Assembly (NCBI RefSeq): GCF_036321535.1 | Contig: NC_087436.1 | Coordinates: forward strand, 118,918,001-118,982,000 | DNA: 64,000 nt | Source of the DNA: Camelus dromedarius | Lineage: Eukaryota | Reading direction: 5' to 3' | Shown: one piece after another, positions 37,637-49,214 of the stretch | How the letters are laid out: each line of letters starts with the position of its first letter | How positions within the stretch are numbered: position 1 is the first letter of the stretch | Notes under the pieces: generated by a model | The model's input: only the letters and a program-made list of their open reading frames with translations | What the model was told of the DNA's origin: nothing | The model's database searches: none | Made by a program: the position numbers and the translations under genes

Positions 37637-37719
37637 GACCCATGAAGGGAGGTGTAGAAACCCCCTTTGAAGAAGTCCTGGAGAAGGCTAAGGCTGGGGA
37701 CGCCAAGGCGCAGACAGAG
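37637..37719 (+). CDS. WFS1: Wolframin exon 3, 83 nt
   Basis: Acceptor ttcttctgtgttaaag|. Translates (G)[27 protein letters not shown]. Donor GAG|GTGAGG. Confidence 0.96.
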
Positions 37720-37799
37720 GTGAGGACCCATGTCCCCAGAGGCTCAGGCTGTGAGCCCGCATGGTGGGCTGGGAGAAGCCAGTGCCGGTGTGCAAGTGA

Positions 37800-38438
<639 letters not shown>

Positions 38439-39402
38439 TGAGGCTTGGCGGGGTGTCCGAGGGATGCCGTGCTGCTTGCCGGGCTGACAGCTAGAACAGC
38501 ACCAGGAGAGCCTAACGCTGGTGACGCCAGTGGCTGAGAGAGGAGTATGGTTTCTGTTTAGCCAGGAGCTTTGTCATTTAGGCATTTTGGAGTATTACAG
38601 GATATTTAGGAAACAAAGCCATTTTCATCCTCTTTAACTTGTGTTGGTGTCTACAAGGAGATGCCTTCTGGGTTCTAATCCAAATTGAACAACAGAGTCA
38701 GTTGGGGTCAGCTTTTCCCTGGTCTAGTTGGAGAACATGACAGTGAGCTGAGGTCAGAGTGGAATTTTCTGAACTGACTTTCCATCCAGTCTGAGCAGAG
38801 CAGCTGGGGACTGTAGGCCAGTGAAGGTCCTCTCAGACTGACACTCGCTGGGTTTGGGGGAAAGTGAGGTGTAGCCTGGCCACACATGGATGCCTTAGGA
38901 GGGCCGGGGCCGGGGCTGTGGACTCAGGGATGTCGTGATCTTGCCGCCAGCCGCTCACTGCAAGACTGACCAGGGTTCAAGACCGGCTCAACCTCTTTGA
39001 CTCTGTTGCCTTGGCAAGCCAGACCACCCCTGTGTGCCTCAGTTTCTCCATCTGTAAGATGGGGACCACAGTACCTACTCCAGAGGGTCCTTGGTGGGGT
39101 GAAATGGGGAGGAGGGGGGGGAGTGAGCCAGGAAGTTGGGAAGGCACTGCCCAGCGCCTGCCCACCATGGCATCTGCTGGAAGGCTGGGCCAGGCCTCCA
39201 ACCCGAGAGTGGGCACTGGCAGGGACTTTGGCCAGATGCCCTTTCAGTCAGATGTTTGTTTCTGTCCTGGTGACAAAGGTTCCTGCAGAGCCGCCCGCGG
39301 GAGTCCCTTCTCAAGCCCCCCAGGCAGAGCTGCCGGGGCTGGGGCATCCCTGCCGGCTCCCAGGTGGGCAGGATGAGGCCTCTGACACCCCCTGTCTCTC
39401 AG

Positions 39403-39573
39403 GCATCACCTCCGAGAATGAGCAGGAGGTGAAGCAGCTTTCCTCCGAGACCGACCTGGAGCGGGCCGTGCGCAAGGCAGCCCTCGTCATGTACTGGAAA
39501 CTCAATCCCAAGAAGAAAAAGCAGGTGGCCGTGTCGGAGCTGCTGGAGAACGTGGGGCAGGTCAACGAGCATG
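39403..39573 (+). CDS. WFS1: Wolframin exon 5, 171 nt
   Basis: Acceptor cctgtctctcag|. Translates (G)[56 protein letters not shown]. Donor ATG|GTAGGG. Confidence 0.96.
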
Positions 39574-41064
39574 GTAGGGCCTTTCCGTGGGACCTGCTGC
39601 CCCTGGGGACCTCCTGGGCTTCTCTGTCAAAATTCTGGGGGCTTCCCTTTGGGAGCTGAAGTGGGGGCTCAGGGACCTCCTTGTGGGCACCTCACAGGTC
39701 TCCCCCAAAGCCAGGGAGGGTCCTTTCTGGGAATCCTCCTGTTCTTGGGGTCCCCTCCCTGAGCCGTGCCCTGAGTGCCGGCTCAGTCCCCGATCTGGGC
39801 GCCCAGTGGCCCCTCCTGCTTTGGTTCTACCTTGATTTGCTCTACCCCGTGGGGTTTCCTCCCCTCCTGCCCACAGGCCTTCCGTCCAAAGGTTTCCTGC
39901 TCCTCCTGAGGGGATAGAGTTGGGGAGAGTGAGCAGTGCGGCTGGGACCTGGGTCCCCAAATCCCCTAGAGCCTCCCCAAGGCAGGCCTCATCTCCCGCC
40001 TCCACAGTCTTTCCCCCGCTACCGCCCTCCCGCCTCCTTCTTGCCTGATTTTCTGAAAAGAGCTTGGGCAGCAGCCGGAGGGACAGATGGGGCAGAAGAG
40101 GGGGCGTCCCTGACTGGGTGTGGCCTCTCCTTTCCCCATCCCCACTGACTTTTGCCTTTTCATCACCTTGCGGAGCACCTGCCCCCGGCTCTTCAGAGAG
40201 TGACTGCCCGGGGCTCCACCCCGCCCTCTCCTGCCCACAGGGGTGGATGCGCTGGGGCTGGGCCACGCCAACACATCAGAGAAGACTGCGGGGTGGGCCC
40301 CTCTGCCCCCTTCTGGGGATCTCAGGGCAGGACTCTTGTCTAACCTGCTCCTCTGGGGATGAGCAGAGGTGGCCGTGGCGCCTGGGGCTCAGGGGACAGT
40401 GCCCCTGAGAGGCATGCTTGACATGGCAGTTCCAGGGGCCCCATGTGGAGCCCCACCCCCTCCTGCTGCCTCTGCCCCCGACTGGGCAGCTGGGCTGGGC
40501 TTCTGTGGCGGCTCTCAGTCACTGCACCCCTCCCCTCTGTTGTCACCGTCTGCCTTCTGATCCAGCTCCTGCCTTGGTGACTAGTGTAAGAAGAGCCTGG
40601 TGAATGCCTCCCCCATTGGGGGTGGGGGGGGGTTTTGACAGGAGGGCAGAATGCTTCAGTCCTGGCTCAGTGTTTACCCACTGGACCGACTCGTGCATCA
40701 GGGCTGGGGACACTGGGGAGGGCCTGACCCTTGGCCCTGGGGACCTATGTCTAGTCCAGGGGAAAACCATGCCAAGGGACAATGCCAGCAAAGGTGTGTG
40801 GGGACAGGTTACACTGACCAGGGAGCTCAGTGAGTCCAGTGCTCAGGTTGTGTTCATAGCTGGGTCGGGCTGTGCCCTGCGGGGCTTGAGTCACCCTCGG
40901 AGGTGGAGACCTTGCACTGACCCCGAGGCCTGCATGGAGGCCCTACACCCAGCAAGCCCCAGAGCTCAGGGATGATCCAGGGGCTGTGGGCCAGTTTCTG
41001 AGGGGCTGCAGGGAATGGGGACAGTCAGTCTGCCTTGATTCTTGATCCACTCTTTCCCCTGCAG

Positions 41065-41145
41065 ATGGAGGGGTGCAGCCTGGCCCCGTCCCCAAGTCAG
41101 TGCAGAAGCAGCGGCGGGTGCTGGAGCGCCTGGTCAGCAGTGAAT
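41065..41145 (+). CDS. WFS1: Wolframin exon 6, 81 nt
   Basis: Acceptor tctttcccctgcag|. Translates (D)[26 protein letters not shown]. Donor AAT|GTGAGT. Confidence 0.96.
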
Positions 41146-42120
41146 GTGAGTACGGCTGCCAGCCCGCACCTGCGGCACCTCTGGCCATGCTGTCACCCCC
41201 ACCACCCTGGCACTGTATCTGCCCCCACCTGCCAAGCCCAGGCCTAGGCCTGGGTCCACAGTGGCCACTGCATCCCGGGTGTGTCCTTGACTCCTCTTCC
41301 AATCCCCCTCTTCCACGCCCTGCCCCTCCCCCGGTGCTCGCTGTGCTCGACAGTGGTGCTGTTGCCATGGTTTGCTTGCTGTCTTCCATGATCAGCTAGT
41401 CGTCGTGTCCCCAGCACCTGAAACACAGCCCCCACCCCCCAAAGAAAACCCACCCCAGGGGCCTCAGAAAATAGAGCAAGCGTGGCAGGGCCAGGCCTGT
41501 GATCATGGTGTTGATCGCTTACCGCACCTCCCGGGCACCCCGCTGCCAGCCTGGGGGCGGCTTCGATGTGGCCGCGCTCTGGCCGAGCATCCAGCCTTGT
41601 TTGAGGTGACCCCCACCCCAGACTGGGAGCCAGACTTGGGCACCCACTGGATTTGTTCACCCATTCCAAGCACTTCCTGGCGCTTAGGCATGTGCCCTCG
41701 GAGAATAGGTGTTGACTGGAGGGGTTAGTAGGTGGCTGGGCTGTGTCACCAGCACTGTGAGGGAGCCAGGACCGAGGGGAGAGGGTGTCAGAGGGGTGCT
41801 GGCGGTGAAGGCGGCTGAAGGGGCCGCATTGGAGCCAGGATCAGGCAGACACTAGGCTTGAAGAGCCAGGGGGGCGGGCGGACGCGTCAGGGGAGGGGTG
41901 CCACATCACCAAGGTGAGGAGGTGACTCGGCAGGCCTGTCTGCCTCTCCCCACAGCCGTCCAGGCCCAGAGAGGGGTTTGCTCTCTCGAGCTCGCACTGA
42001 GCTCCCTCCTCTCTGAGGCCGAGTCTGGCCCCAGCCGCTGGCGCCGCCTTGCGCGTCCTTGCGGGCTGATGGTGTGCTCACGGCTTCCCAGACCCTGTGC
42101 TGTTCTCTTTGGTGCTTTAG

Positions 42121-42269
42121 CCAAGAGCCACATAGCGCTGGACGACTTCGTGGAGATCACCAAGAAGTACGCCAGGGGCATCATCCCCACCGACCTGTTC
42201 CTGCAGGACGACGATGACGATGATGAGCTGGCGGGCAAGAGCCCTGAGGACCTGCCCCTGCGCCTGAAG
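42121..42269 (+). CDS. WFS1: Wolframin exon 7, 149 nt
   Basis: Acceptor ctctttggtgctttag|. Translates (S)[49 protein letters not shown]. Donor AAG|GTGAGC. Confidence 0.96.
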
Positions 42270-45200
42270 GTGAGCGGCCCACGGCGCCGCACCCACCTGC
42301 CCCCTCCGCGCCCTGGCGCTTCCCGGGAAGCTGCGGGTGGGGACTTGCCCAGCACCCAAGCCTCTGGGACTGTGTAGCTGTCTCTGGGAGGCCTGTCCTG
42401 CGAGGATAGTCCCTGTAACTGCGTCAGGGCGTGTCCTCCTGAAGGGGAACCTTTTACACACACTCAGGCTCCGACACCAAGGGCGCTGTCGGTGGCGGGC
42501 TCAGTGGTGACAGACGAGCAGGGCACCCTCTTGTCTTTGGCTGCAAAATGCCAGGCACTGGAGGCCAACTTTCACTTAGCCTTTGTCATTTTGAAAAATT
42601 ACCCGTTTGCGGCACAGAATGGAGGTCATTTTCTCAAAGATGCCTTTTCCCAAAAGCAGAGTTCTTGTGTTGAGGAGGCTCCTGCAGTGGTGCTTGTCCA
42701 GGTGTGCAGGAGCTCGGGGAGCGAGACAGGTGTGGTGTGGAGACAGTGGCGGGGAGGTGACTGTGGGCCGACCTGGCGGAAGGGGGCACATTTGGCACCA
42801 GCGTGGGCCCGTGAGCAGCAGCGGACGATGAGGGGTGTCCAGACATGTGCCGACAGCCAGGAGTGGCAGCTCGTGCCCCTGGTGTGACAGCTTTTGTTTT
42901 CCTGCTCGTGAGGTTGTGACATGTACAGACATACAATGTGGCCATCCTGCCCACTCGCCGGACTTCCCCCAGTTCGGCTCATGGGGTGGAATTAGCTGTG
43001 TCCATATCTCGCTTTGCAGAGGACATGAGGACTTAACAGAAATCTGGCTACCAACCCTAGACGGGTCCATCGCCACGGGTGGCCAAGAGGGCCCCTGCCG
43101 GCACAAGGGCCTCTGAGCAGGTGAAGCGTCACGGAGCCCCTGCCGTTAGTCACCCAGGAAGCCGTCGGGTTCTGTGATGCTCAGCTGACCAGCAACGTGT
43201 GTGAAGTGCTGTGGGCATGGCAGTGGGCTGCGGGGGTGGGTCAGGGTCGGCGTGGCGACGGGAAGTGGGCTGACGAGTCCCATCCCAGAGGCAGCGCAGT
43301 GTAAGCGGCAGGCTGGGGCCTGGGCGTGGAGGCTCCGTCCACGTCCCGGGTGTGGGGGAGCAGACTTGGAAGCCAGTGCCGCGGAGATTCCACAGCCCTG
43401 GGTGTGGAGGCCACATGGAGGACCGGCGAGCTGGGTGAGAGTCCCTGAGGGCAGGTTACGTGTCCAGGGTGAAGGGTCTGAGGTGCAGGGTCAGGGTGGC
43501 CGGGGAGCTCGACCAGGGGAGCCGTGGCTCTTACTGAAGGTCCGCGCGGAGGCGGGCCTGGGCTCAGTGGGCTCGTGCCACTAGTTTCCAGATTAACAGA
43601 GAGAAGGGCAAGGTGGAGCGCTTGCTGTGGTTCCTGCCAGAGAGGAGCTGCTCCCCAGATGCCAGTCAGGGTCACAGGTGAACGGGTAAGCGGGAGAAGA
43701 CCCCTGGGCAGGCGGTCCCCGCCTGGGCGTCCTCGTGGGCGTTGTCCCTGCGTCATTACTAACGATAGTTGCTTTCAACAGTATCCGGCTTCGGACAGCA
43801 AGTTGTGTCACTCTGCTTACTGGTGACAGCTCCGTGCTGTAAGATACCCAGCGTCTGTTTTGGGAAAAAGATTTAAAGTGTTCCGACAAGAAATAAACAA
43901 GGCTCTTTCTTTCCCGTTTTTGAGTCTGTCAGAGCATTTTAATTCCTTTACAATTTGTCCCATTTTGCCTTTTGCGAAAGAGGATGAATCATAGATGCCT
44001 CCTGAAATGAAAAGCTGTTCTGGCCTGTAATTGCCCCAGAGGAACGAGAAAGGGACATGCCTGGGGAGGCCCCCTGCTCAGAAGAGGAAGCGCCAGATGC
44101 CCCTCTGAGCTCACGCGGCCCACAGGCTGTTCCAGGCTCCGGGCCGCCCCTCCTCGAGCCTTTCAGGTCAACTGAAGCACTCAGATAAATTCAGGAATAT
44201 TTTAAAATCATAACAGTTTTTACATTAAATCATTGAAAGTCCAGCACATGAGCATTCGCTGAGCTCTGAGCCAAGGCTAGTTGAGGTTAAATTTCCTCGA
44301 CCCGCCCAGTTGGCGGCAATCTCTTTGGTCAGTGGCTCAGGTGTGACAGGCTGTTTTCGAGGTTTCTCACATCAGCGGAGCGCCTGGTGACCTCAGCACT
44401 GGGCAGGGTACCCTGTACTGGCCACTCCTGAGCTGTCTCCCTACTCGTTTTTTTAAAAAATTTCTATTCTCCTCAAAGAAGAGTTCATTTTAATTTGTTG
44501 AGACTTTCTCTACGGAAAAGGTTTTTAGTCTCACAGTTTGGTGGGGCCCCAAGAAGGTGGACCTGGGTAGAAGCTACAGGGGACAGAGTTGGGACCTTAA
44601 AAGGAGAGAAGTCCTTGGTCATAGTGGCCCAGGCACCTCACTGTGGAGCAGAGGCCAGCACCATGGACATCAGGTTCTAGAAGCTTCGTTGTCTTTTAAA
44701 GGTCCTTCAACCATGTGATTGTGTGGCTCTGTGGGGGGAAAAATAGTGTGAATGGTTTTGAGGATTAGGACAGGATTTCAGATTCATTTCGAGGTGCTGG
44801 CTACTTGGGCACCCGCAGGCCAGCTCCCCCGAAGCCGCCGGCACCGGCTGTGCACGGAGAGAGTGATGGTGAGACTAGCATTTCTCCTTTGAACCTTCTT
44901 CCAGTTAGCGAGGGCCCCTCCACAGGGACTAGCCGAGCAGGCCGAGCCTGACGCCCAGGCGGGCTCTTTTGCTTCCTGGCTGGGTGTCTGCTTTGTGCCC
45001 AAGGGCCCCTCCCAGAGGCAGCCTGGAGCAGGGTCTTTCCGCAGATGCTGGTTTGCTCTCTGGCATGTGTCAGAAATCCCCACCACGGCTCCCTTGACGG
45101 TGACTGACATTCCAGACGGGGTGAGCGCTGAGTGGGCTCCCAGGAAAGCTGGCCCCAGCGAGCTGGGGGAGCCGTTAGCCGGTTTACTCATTTGTTCATT

Positions 45201-46679
45201 TTCTTCCTTGTCTTAAAACGGAGGCTAAGTGGAGCGTCACGGACACGTAAGGAGGAACGCGGCGCTTCGTACAGACGTGGCTGTCTGTAGACGTGCGCGC
45301 GCGTGCACACATTTTTAAACATTTCCGTTTCCTCTGTGAGCCTGGATCCCTCTCATCTGTGGAGAACTCACTCTCCCTGTTGCTCCCGGGTGTTCTGGTC
45401 ACCTTGAGATGCCAGCCGAGGCTCTTAGGCAGATGTCCCTGGGTTGTGCTCACCCAGGATCCCTGCTCCTCCTCGGCCCTCAGGTGGGCTGGGCAGAGAG
45501 AGAGGGAGCCTGTGCCTGGGGCGCGGACGGAGGCAGTGCTGCCCACCTGACCTGGGCGCTGGCGGGCGCTCCATCACGTAGCCCCAGGGGTGGGCTCTGG
45601 GCGTGCAGCCAGGCTTCCCTGCCCCCGTGAGTGGGTGGTCTCTTCGAGGACCTACTCCTTGGAGTGGTCTGGTCCAGGCCCTGCCTCTCTGGACCCCTGC
45701 CCTCCTCCATGCCGAGCCGCGTGAGGACTGTCCACGGCACTTTTCTCTTTCTGGCCCTCCAGCGTCTCTCCTGTCTCCCCTCAGCCCTGGTGGGGCTGAA
45801 ACCTCAGGGGAGTCTGCTCAGAGAACCAGCCAGGTGTAGGGACCACCCTAGATGGCAGAACCACCCCCTTTCCTGCCCAAGGCTGCTCCCTGACTCACCT
45901 CCCCCATGGCCCCTCTTTCTGTTGTGGAAAAGGCCGAGGGTTTCTGCTGCCCTTTGCATTGGGTGCCTATTCAGGGAGTGGGACCCAAGGCACAGACTGG
46001 GGCTGCCTTTGAATGTGGCTTTGTGCACCGTGTGTCCATTCTGAACAGTCTCGGGTGTGCAGGGTGGGTGATGTGGGTGGCTACTGTCAACCCCCTGCCA
46101 CAGTGAAAACATCACAGCCGAACCATTTCCATTCACAATGGCGCCGAACTCTCTTTTCTGGAGTCCCCACTCCCACTGCCGCTCCCGGGATGGTCAGAGC
46201 CCAGGGCAGGCTTGTAAAGAAGTGGTTCCTCCCCCCCTTGGGGGATGGGTGGCCGAGGCTGGGGAGGTGAAGTCCTCACTGCAGGAGTGGCTGAGACACA
46301 AGCAGCCCAGAGCTCTGTCTGCTCTGCAAGTGTGAGGGGGAGGGTAGAGGGAGCCAGGTGGGCCCCAAGATCTCACAGAGGAGTCTGGAAACCCTGGCAA
46401 AAGGCCAGGAGTCAGGCACTGGCGGAAGGGAGGGGGAGGGACCCACAGGACTGGGAGGATGGACTTGAGGGAGGGTTCCTGCGGACCACGTGGAACTGTA
46501 CCACCCAGAGACGGCGTTGCAGGTGGAAGGACCGGGAGGATCAAGGGCTGGGAAAACTGCAGGTGAGTTGTTCACCTGGCCCAGAGCCGGGGAGGTTGAC
46601 GGGGCTGTGACAGGACAGGGGTGGGGCTCCCACCCTGGCCGGGTCCCGACACCCTGCCTTCGTCTCCCCCCTCCTCTAG

Positions 46680-48488
46680 GTGGTCAAGTACCCCTTGCAC
46701 GCCATCATGGAGCTCAAGGAGTACCTGATCGACGTGGCGTCCCGGGCAGGCATGCACTGGCTGTCCACCATCGTGCCCACCCACCACATCAACGCCCTCG
46801 TCTTCTTCTTCATCATCAGCAACCTGACCATCGACTTCTTTGCCTTCTTCGTGCCGCTGGTCGTCTTCTACCTGTCCTTCGTCTCCATGGTCATCTGTAC
46901 CCTCAAGGTTTTCCAGGACAGCAAGGCCTGGGAGAGCTTCCGCGCCCTCACCAGCCTGCTACTGCGCTTCGAGCCCAACCTGGATGTGGAGCAGGCCGAG
47001 GTGAACTTCGGCTGGAACCACCTGGAGCCCTACGTGCACTTCCTGCTGTCCGTCTTCTTCGTCATCTTCTCCTTCCCTGTTGCCAGCAAGGACTGCGTGC
47101 CCTGCTCGGAGCTGGCCGTCGTGTCTGTCTTCTTCACTGTCACCAGCTACATGAGCCTGAGCACCTCCGCTGAGCCCTACACCCGGAGGGCCCTGGTGAC
47201 CGAGGTGGCAGCTGGCCTGCTCTCCCTCCTGCCCTCCTTGCCCGTTGACTGGCACTACCTGAAGCTCCTGGGCCAGACCCTGGTCACCGTGCCCATCGGC
47301 CACTTCGTCATCCTGAACGTCAGCGTGCCCTGCCTGCTGTACGTCTACCTGCTCTACCTGTTCTTCCGCATGGCCCAGCTGCGGGGCTTCAAGGGCACCT
47401 ACTGCTACCTGGTCCCCTACCTGGTCTGCTTCATGTGGTGCGAGCTCTCCGTGGTCATCCTGCTCGAGTCCACTGGCCTGGGGCTGGTGCGCGCGTCCGT
47501 CGGCTACTTCCTCTTCCTCTTTGCTCTCCCCGTGCTGGTGGCCGGCCTGGCCCTGATGGGCGTGGTGCAGTTCGCCCGCTGGTTTGTGTCCCTGGAGCTC
47601 ACCAAGATTGCGGTGGCCATGGCGGTCTGCAGCGTCCCCCTGCTGTTCCGCTGGTGGACCAGGGCCAACTTCTCCGTGGTGGCGACGGTCAAGTCCCTGA
47701 CGCGGAGCTCCATCGTCAAGCTCATCCTGGTGTGGATCACGGCCATCGTGCTCTTCTGCTGGTTCTACGTGTACCGCTCGGAGGGCATGAAGGTCTACAA
47801 CTCCACGCTGACCTGGCAGCAGTACGGCTTCCTGTGCGGGCCGCGGGCCTGGAAGGAGACCAACATGGCCCGCACCCAGATCCTGTGCAGCCACCTGGAG
47901 GGCCACAGGGTCACGTGGACCGGCCGCTTCAAGTACGTCCGCGTGACGGAGATCGACAACAGCGCCGAGTCGGCCATCAACATGCTCCCGTTCTTCGTGG
48001 GCGACTGGATGCGCTGCCTCTATGGCGAGGCCTACCCCGCCTGCAGCCCCAGCGGCGCCTCCACGGCTGAGGAGGAGCTCTGCCGCCTCAAGCTCCTGGC
48101 CAAGCACCCCTGCCACATCAAGAAGTTCGACCGGTACAAGTTCGAGATCACGGTGGGCATGCCCTACCGCAGCGCCAACGGCACCCGCAGCCCCGAGGAG
48201 GACGACGTCACCAAGGACATCGTGCTGCGGGCCAGCAGCGAGTTCAAGGACGTGCTCCTCAGCCTGCGCCAGGGCAGCCTCATCGAGTTCAGCACCGTCC
48301 TGGAGGGCCGCCTGGGCAGCAAGTGGCCAGTCTTCGAGCTCAAGGCCATCAGCTGCCTCAACTGCATGGCGCAGCTGTCGCCGGCCCGGCGGCACGTCAA
48401 GGTCGAGCAGGACTGGCGCAGCACGGTGCACGGCGCCCTCAAGTTCGCCTTCGACTTCTTCTTCTTCCCCTTCCTGTCGGCTGCGTGA
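46680..48488 (+). CDS. WFS1: Wolframin exon 8 coding part (transmembrane region and ER-lumenal C-terminal domain), 1809 nt including TGA
   Basis: Acceptor ccccctcctctag|GTG. The 602-aa [14 protein letters not shown]...[14 protein letters not shown] has many hydrophobic segments and the characteristic wolframin C-terminus. Exons 2-7 sum to 861 nt, so the junction is phase 0. Confidence 0.98.
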   Translation: MVKYPLHAIMELKEYLIDVASRAGMHWLSTIVPTHHINALVFFFIISNLTIDFFAFFVPLVVFYLSFVSMVICTLKVFQDSKAWESFRALTSLLLRFEPNLDVEQAEVNFGWNHLEPYVHFLLSVFFVIFSFPVASKDCVPCSELAVVSVFFTVTSYMSLSTSAEPYTRRALVTEVAAGLLSLLPSLPVDWHYLKLLGQTLVTVPIGHFVILNVSVPCLLYVYLLYLFFRMAQLRGFKGTYCYLVPYLVCFMWCELSVVILLESTGLGLVRASVGYFLFLFALPVLVAGLALMGVVQFARWFVSLELTKIAVAMAVCSVPLLFRWWTRANFSVVATVKSLTRSSIVKLILVWITAIVLFCWFYVYRSEGMKVYNSTLTWQQYGFLCGPRAWKETNMARTQILCSHLEGHRVTWTGRFKYVRVTEIDNSAESAINMLPFFVGDWMRCLYGEAYPACSPSGASTAEEELCRLKLLAKHPCHIKKFDRYKFEITVGMPYRSANGTRSPEEDDVTKDIVLRASSEFKDVLLSLRQGSLIEFSTVLEGRLGSKWPVFELKAISCLNCMAQLSPARRHVKVEQDWRSTVHGALKFAFDFFFFPFLSAA

Positions 48489-48566
48489 GGACGCGTCCCG
48501 CTGCAGGCGCGTCGGTGCATGTGGCCTCCAGGACCCCCTCGTGTGGCCCGCCTGCAACACTAACCA

Positions 48567-48603
48567 CTGTGTGTGTGCGTGTGTGTGTGTGCGTGTGTGT
48601 GTG
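48567..48603. repeat. Imperfect (TG)n microsatellite in WFS1 3' UTR
   Basis: tgtgtgtgtgcgtgtgtgtgtgtgcgtgtgtgtgtg. Confidence 0.9.
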
Positions 48604-49208
48604 CAAACGCAGGGCTGCGGGGACCTTTCGTGTGTAGTCTGCTCACGCCTCCGTAGACGGGCTGACCACTTTAGCTCTGTCCACCCTGCGCCGCGTGGTT
48701 GGAGGTTGCATGCACAGCCTCGACCCGCAGTCCTAACCTCCGGTGCGCCGCTGGGGTGCCAAGCTGGACCAGGTTCCTGTGCCCGAAAAGCGCTTTACAG
48801 CCGACGTCTCCTCCACCTCCATGCATGCCGCGGCCCCTCGTTTACTTCTGTTTGGGTTTGTTTTTTAAAGAACCAAGAGTGCTGCTGTGTATACTCCACC
48901 GTAACATTTCTTATTTATTTGGTCACTGCTAAGCCTTGACAGCTGTTTGCCGGTCCCGGGGGCCGTGCAGAGCTGCCCTGCTCCGTCCTGTGGCCAGGGC
49001 CCCGCCTGAGCCCGATACTGGAGGCTGGCAGAAGCCGTGAGCTCTGCGTCCCATAGCCTGCCTGCCTCCCGGCTCCCCATCTGGTGGGTGGCGGGTGAGC
49101 TTGTGAGGGTATCACTTGAAGGCACCTGGGGGTCCCTTCCCAGTTCTCAGCAAAGTTTGGCCATGTTCAGGAGGAGGGAACAGGAAGTCAAGGTCCTGAA
49201 GCAGCTGA

Positions 49209-49214
49209 AATAAA
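49209..49214 (+). terminator. WFS1: WFS1 polyadenylation signal
   Basis: AATAAA followed about 25 nt later by a U-rich element (cttttcttttttctttattt, ~49238-49257). Confidence 0.8.

Noticed and set aside
46959..48560. 533-aa antisense ORF and 200-300-aa alternative-frame ORFs over WFS1 exon 8
   Set aside because: These are shadow ORFs expected from extreme GC3 codon bias. They have no recognisable domain and no antisense promoter or splice evidence.
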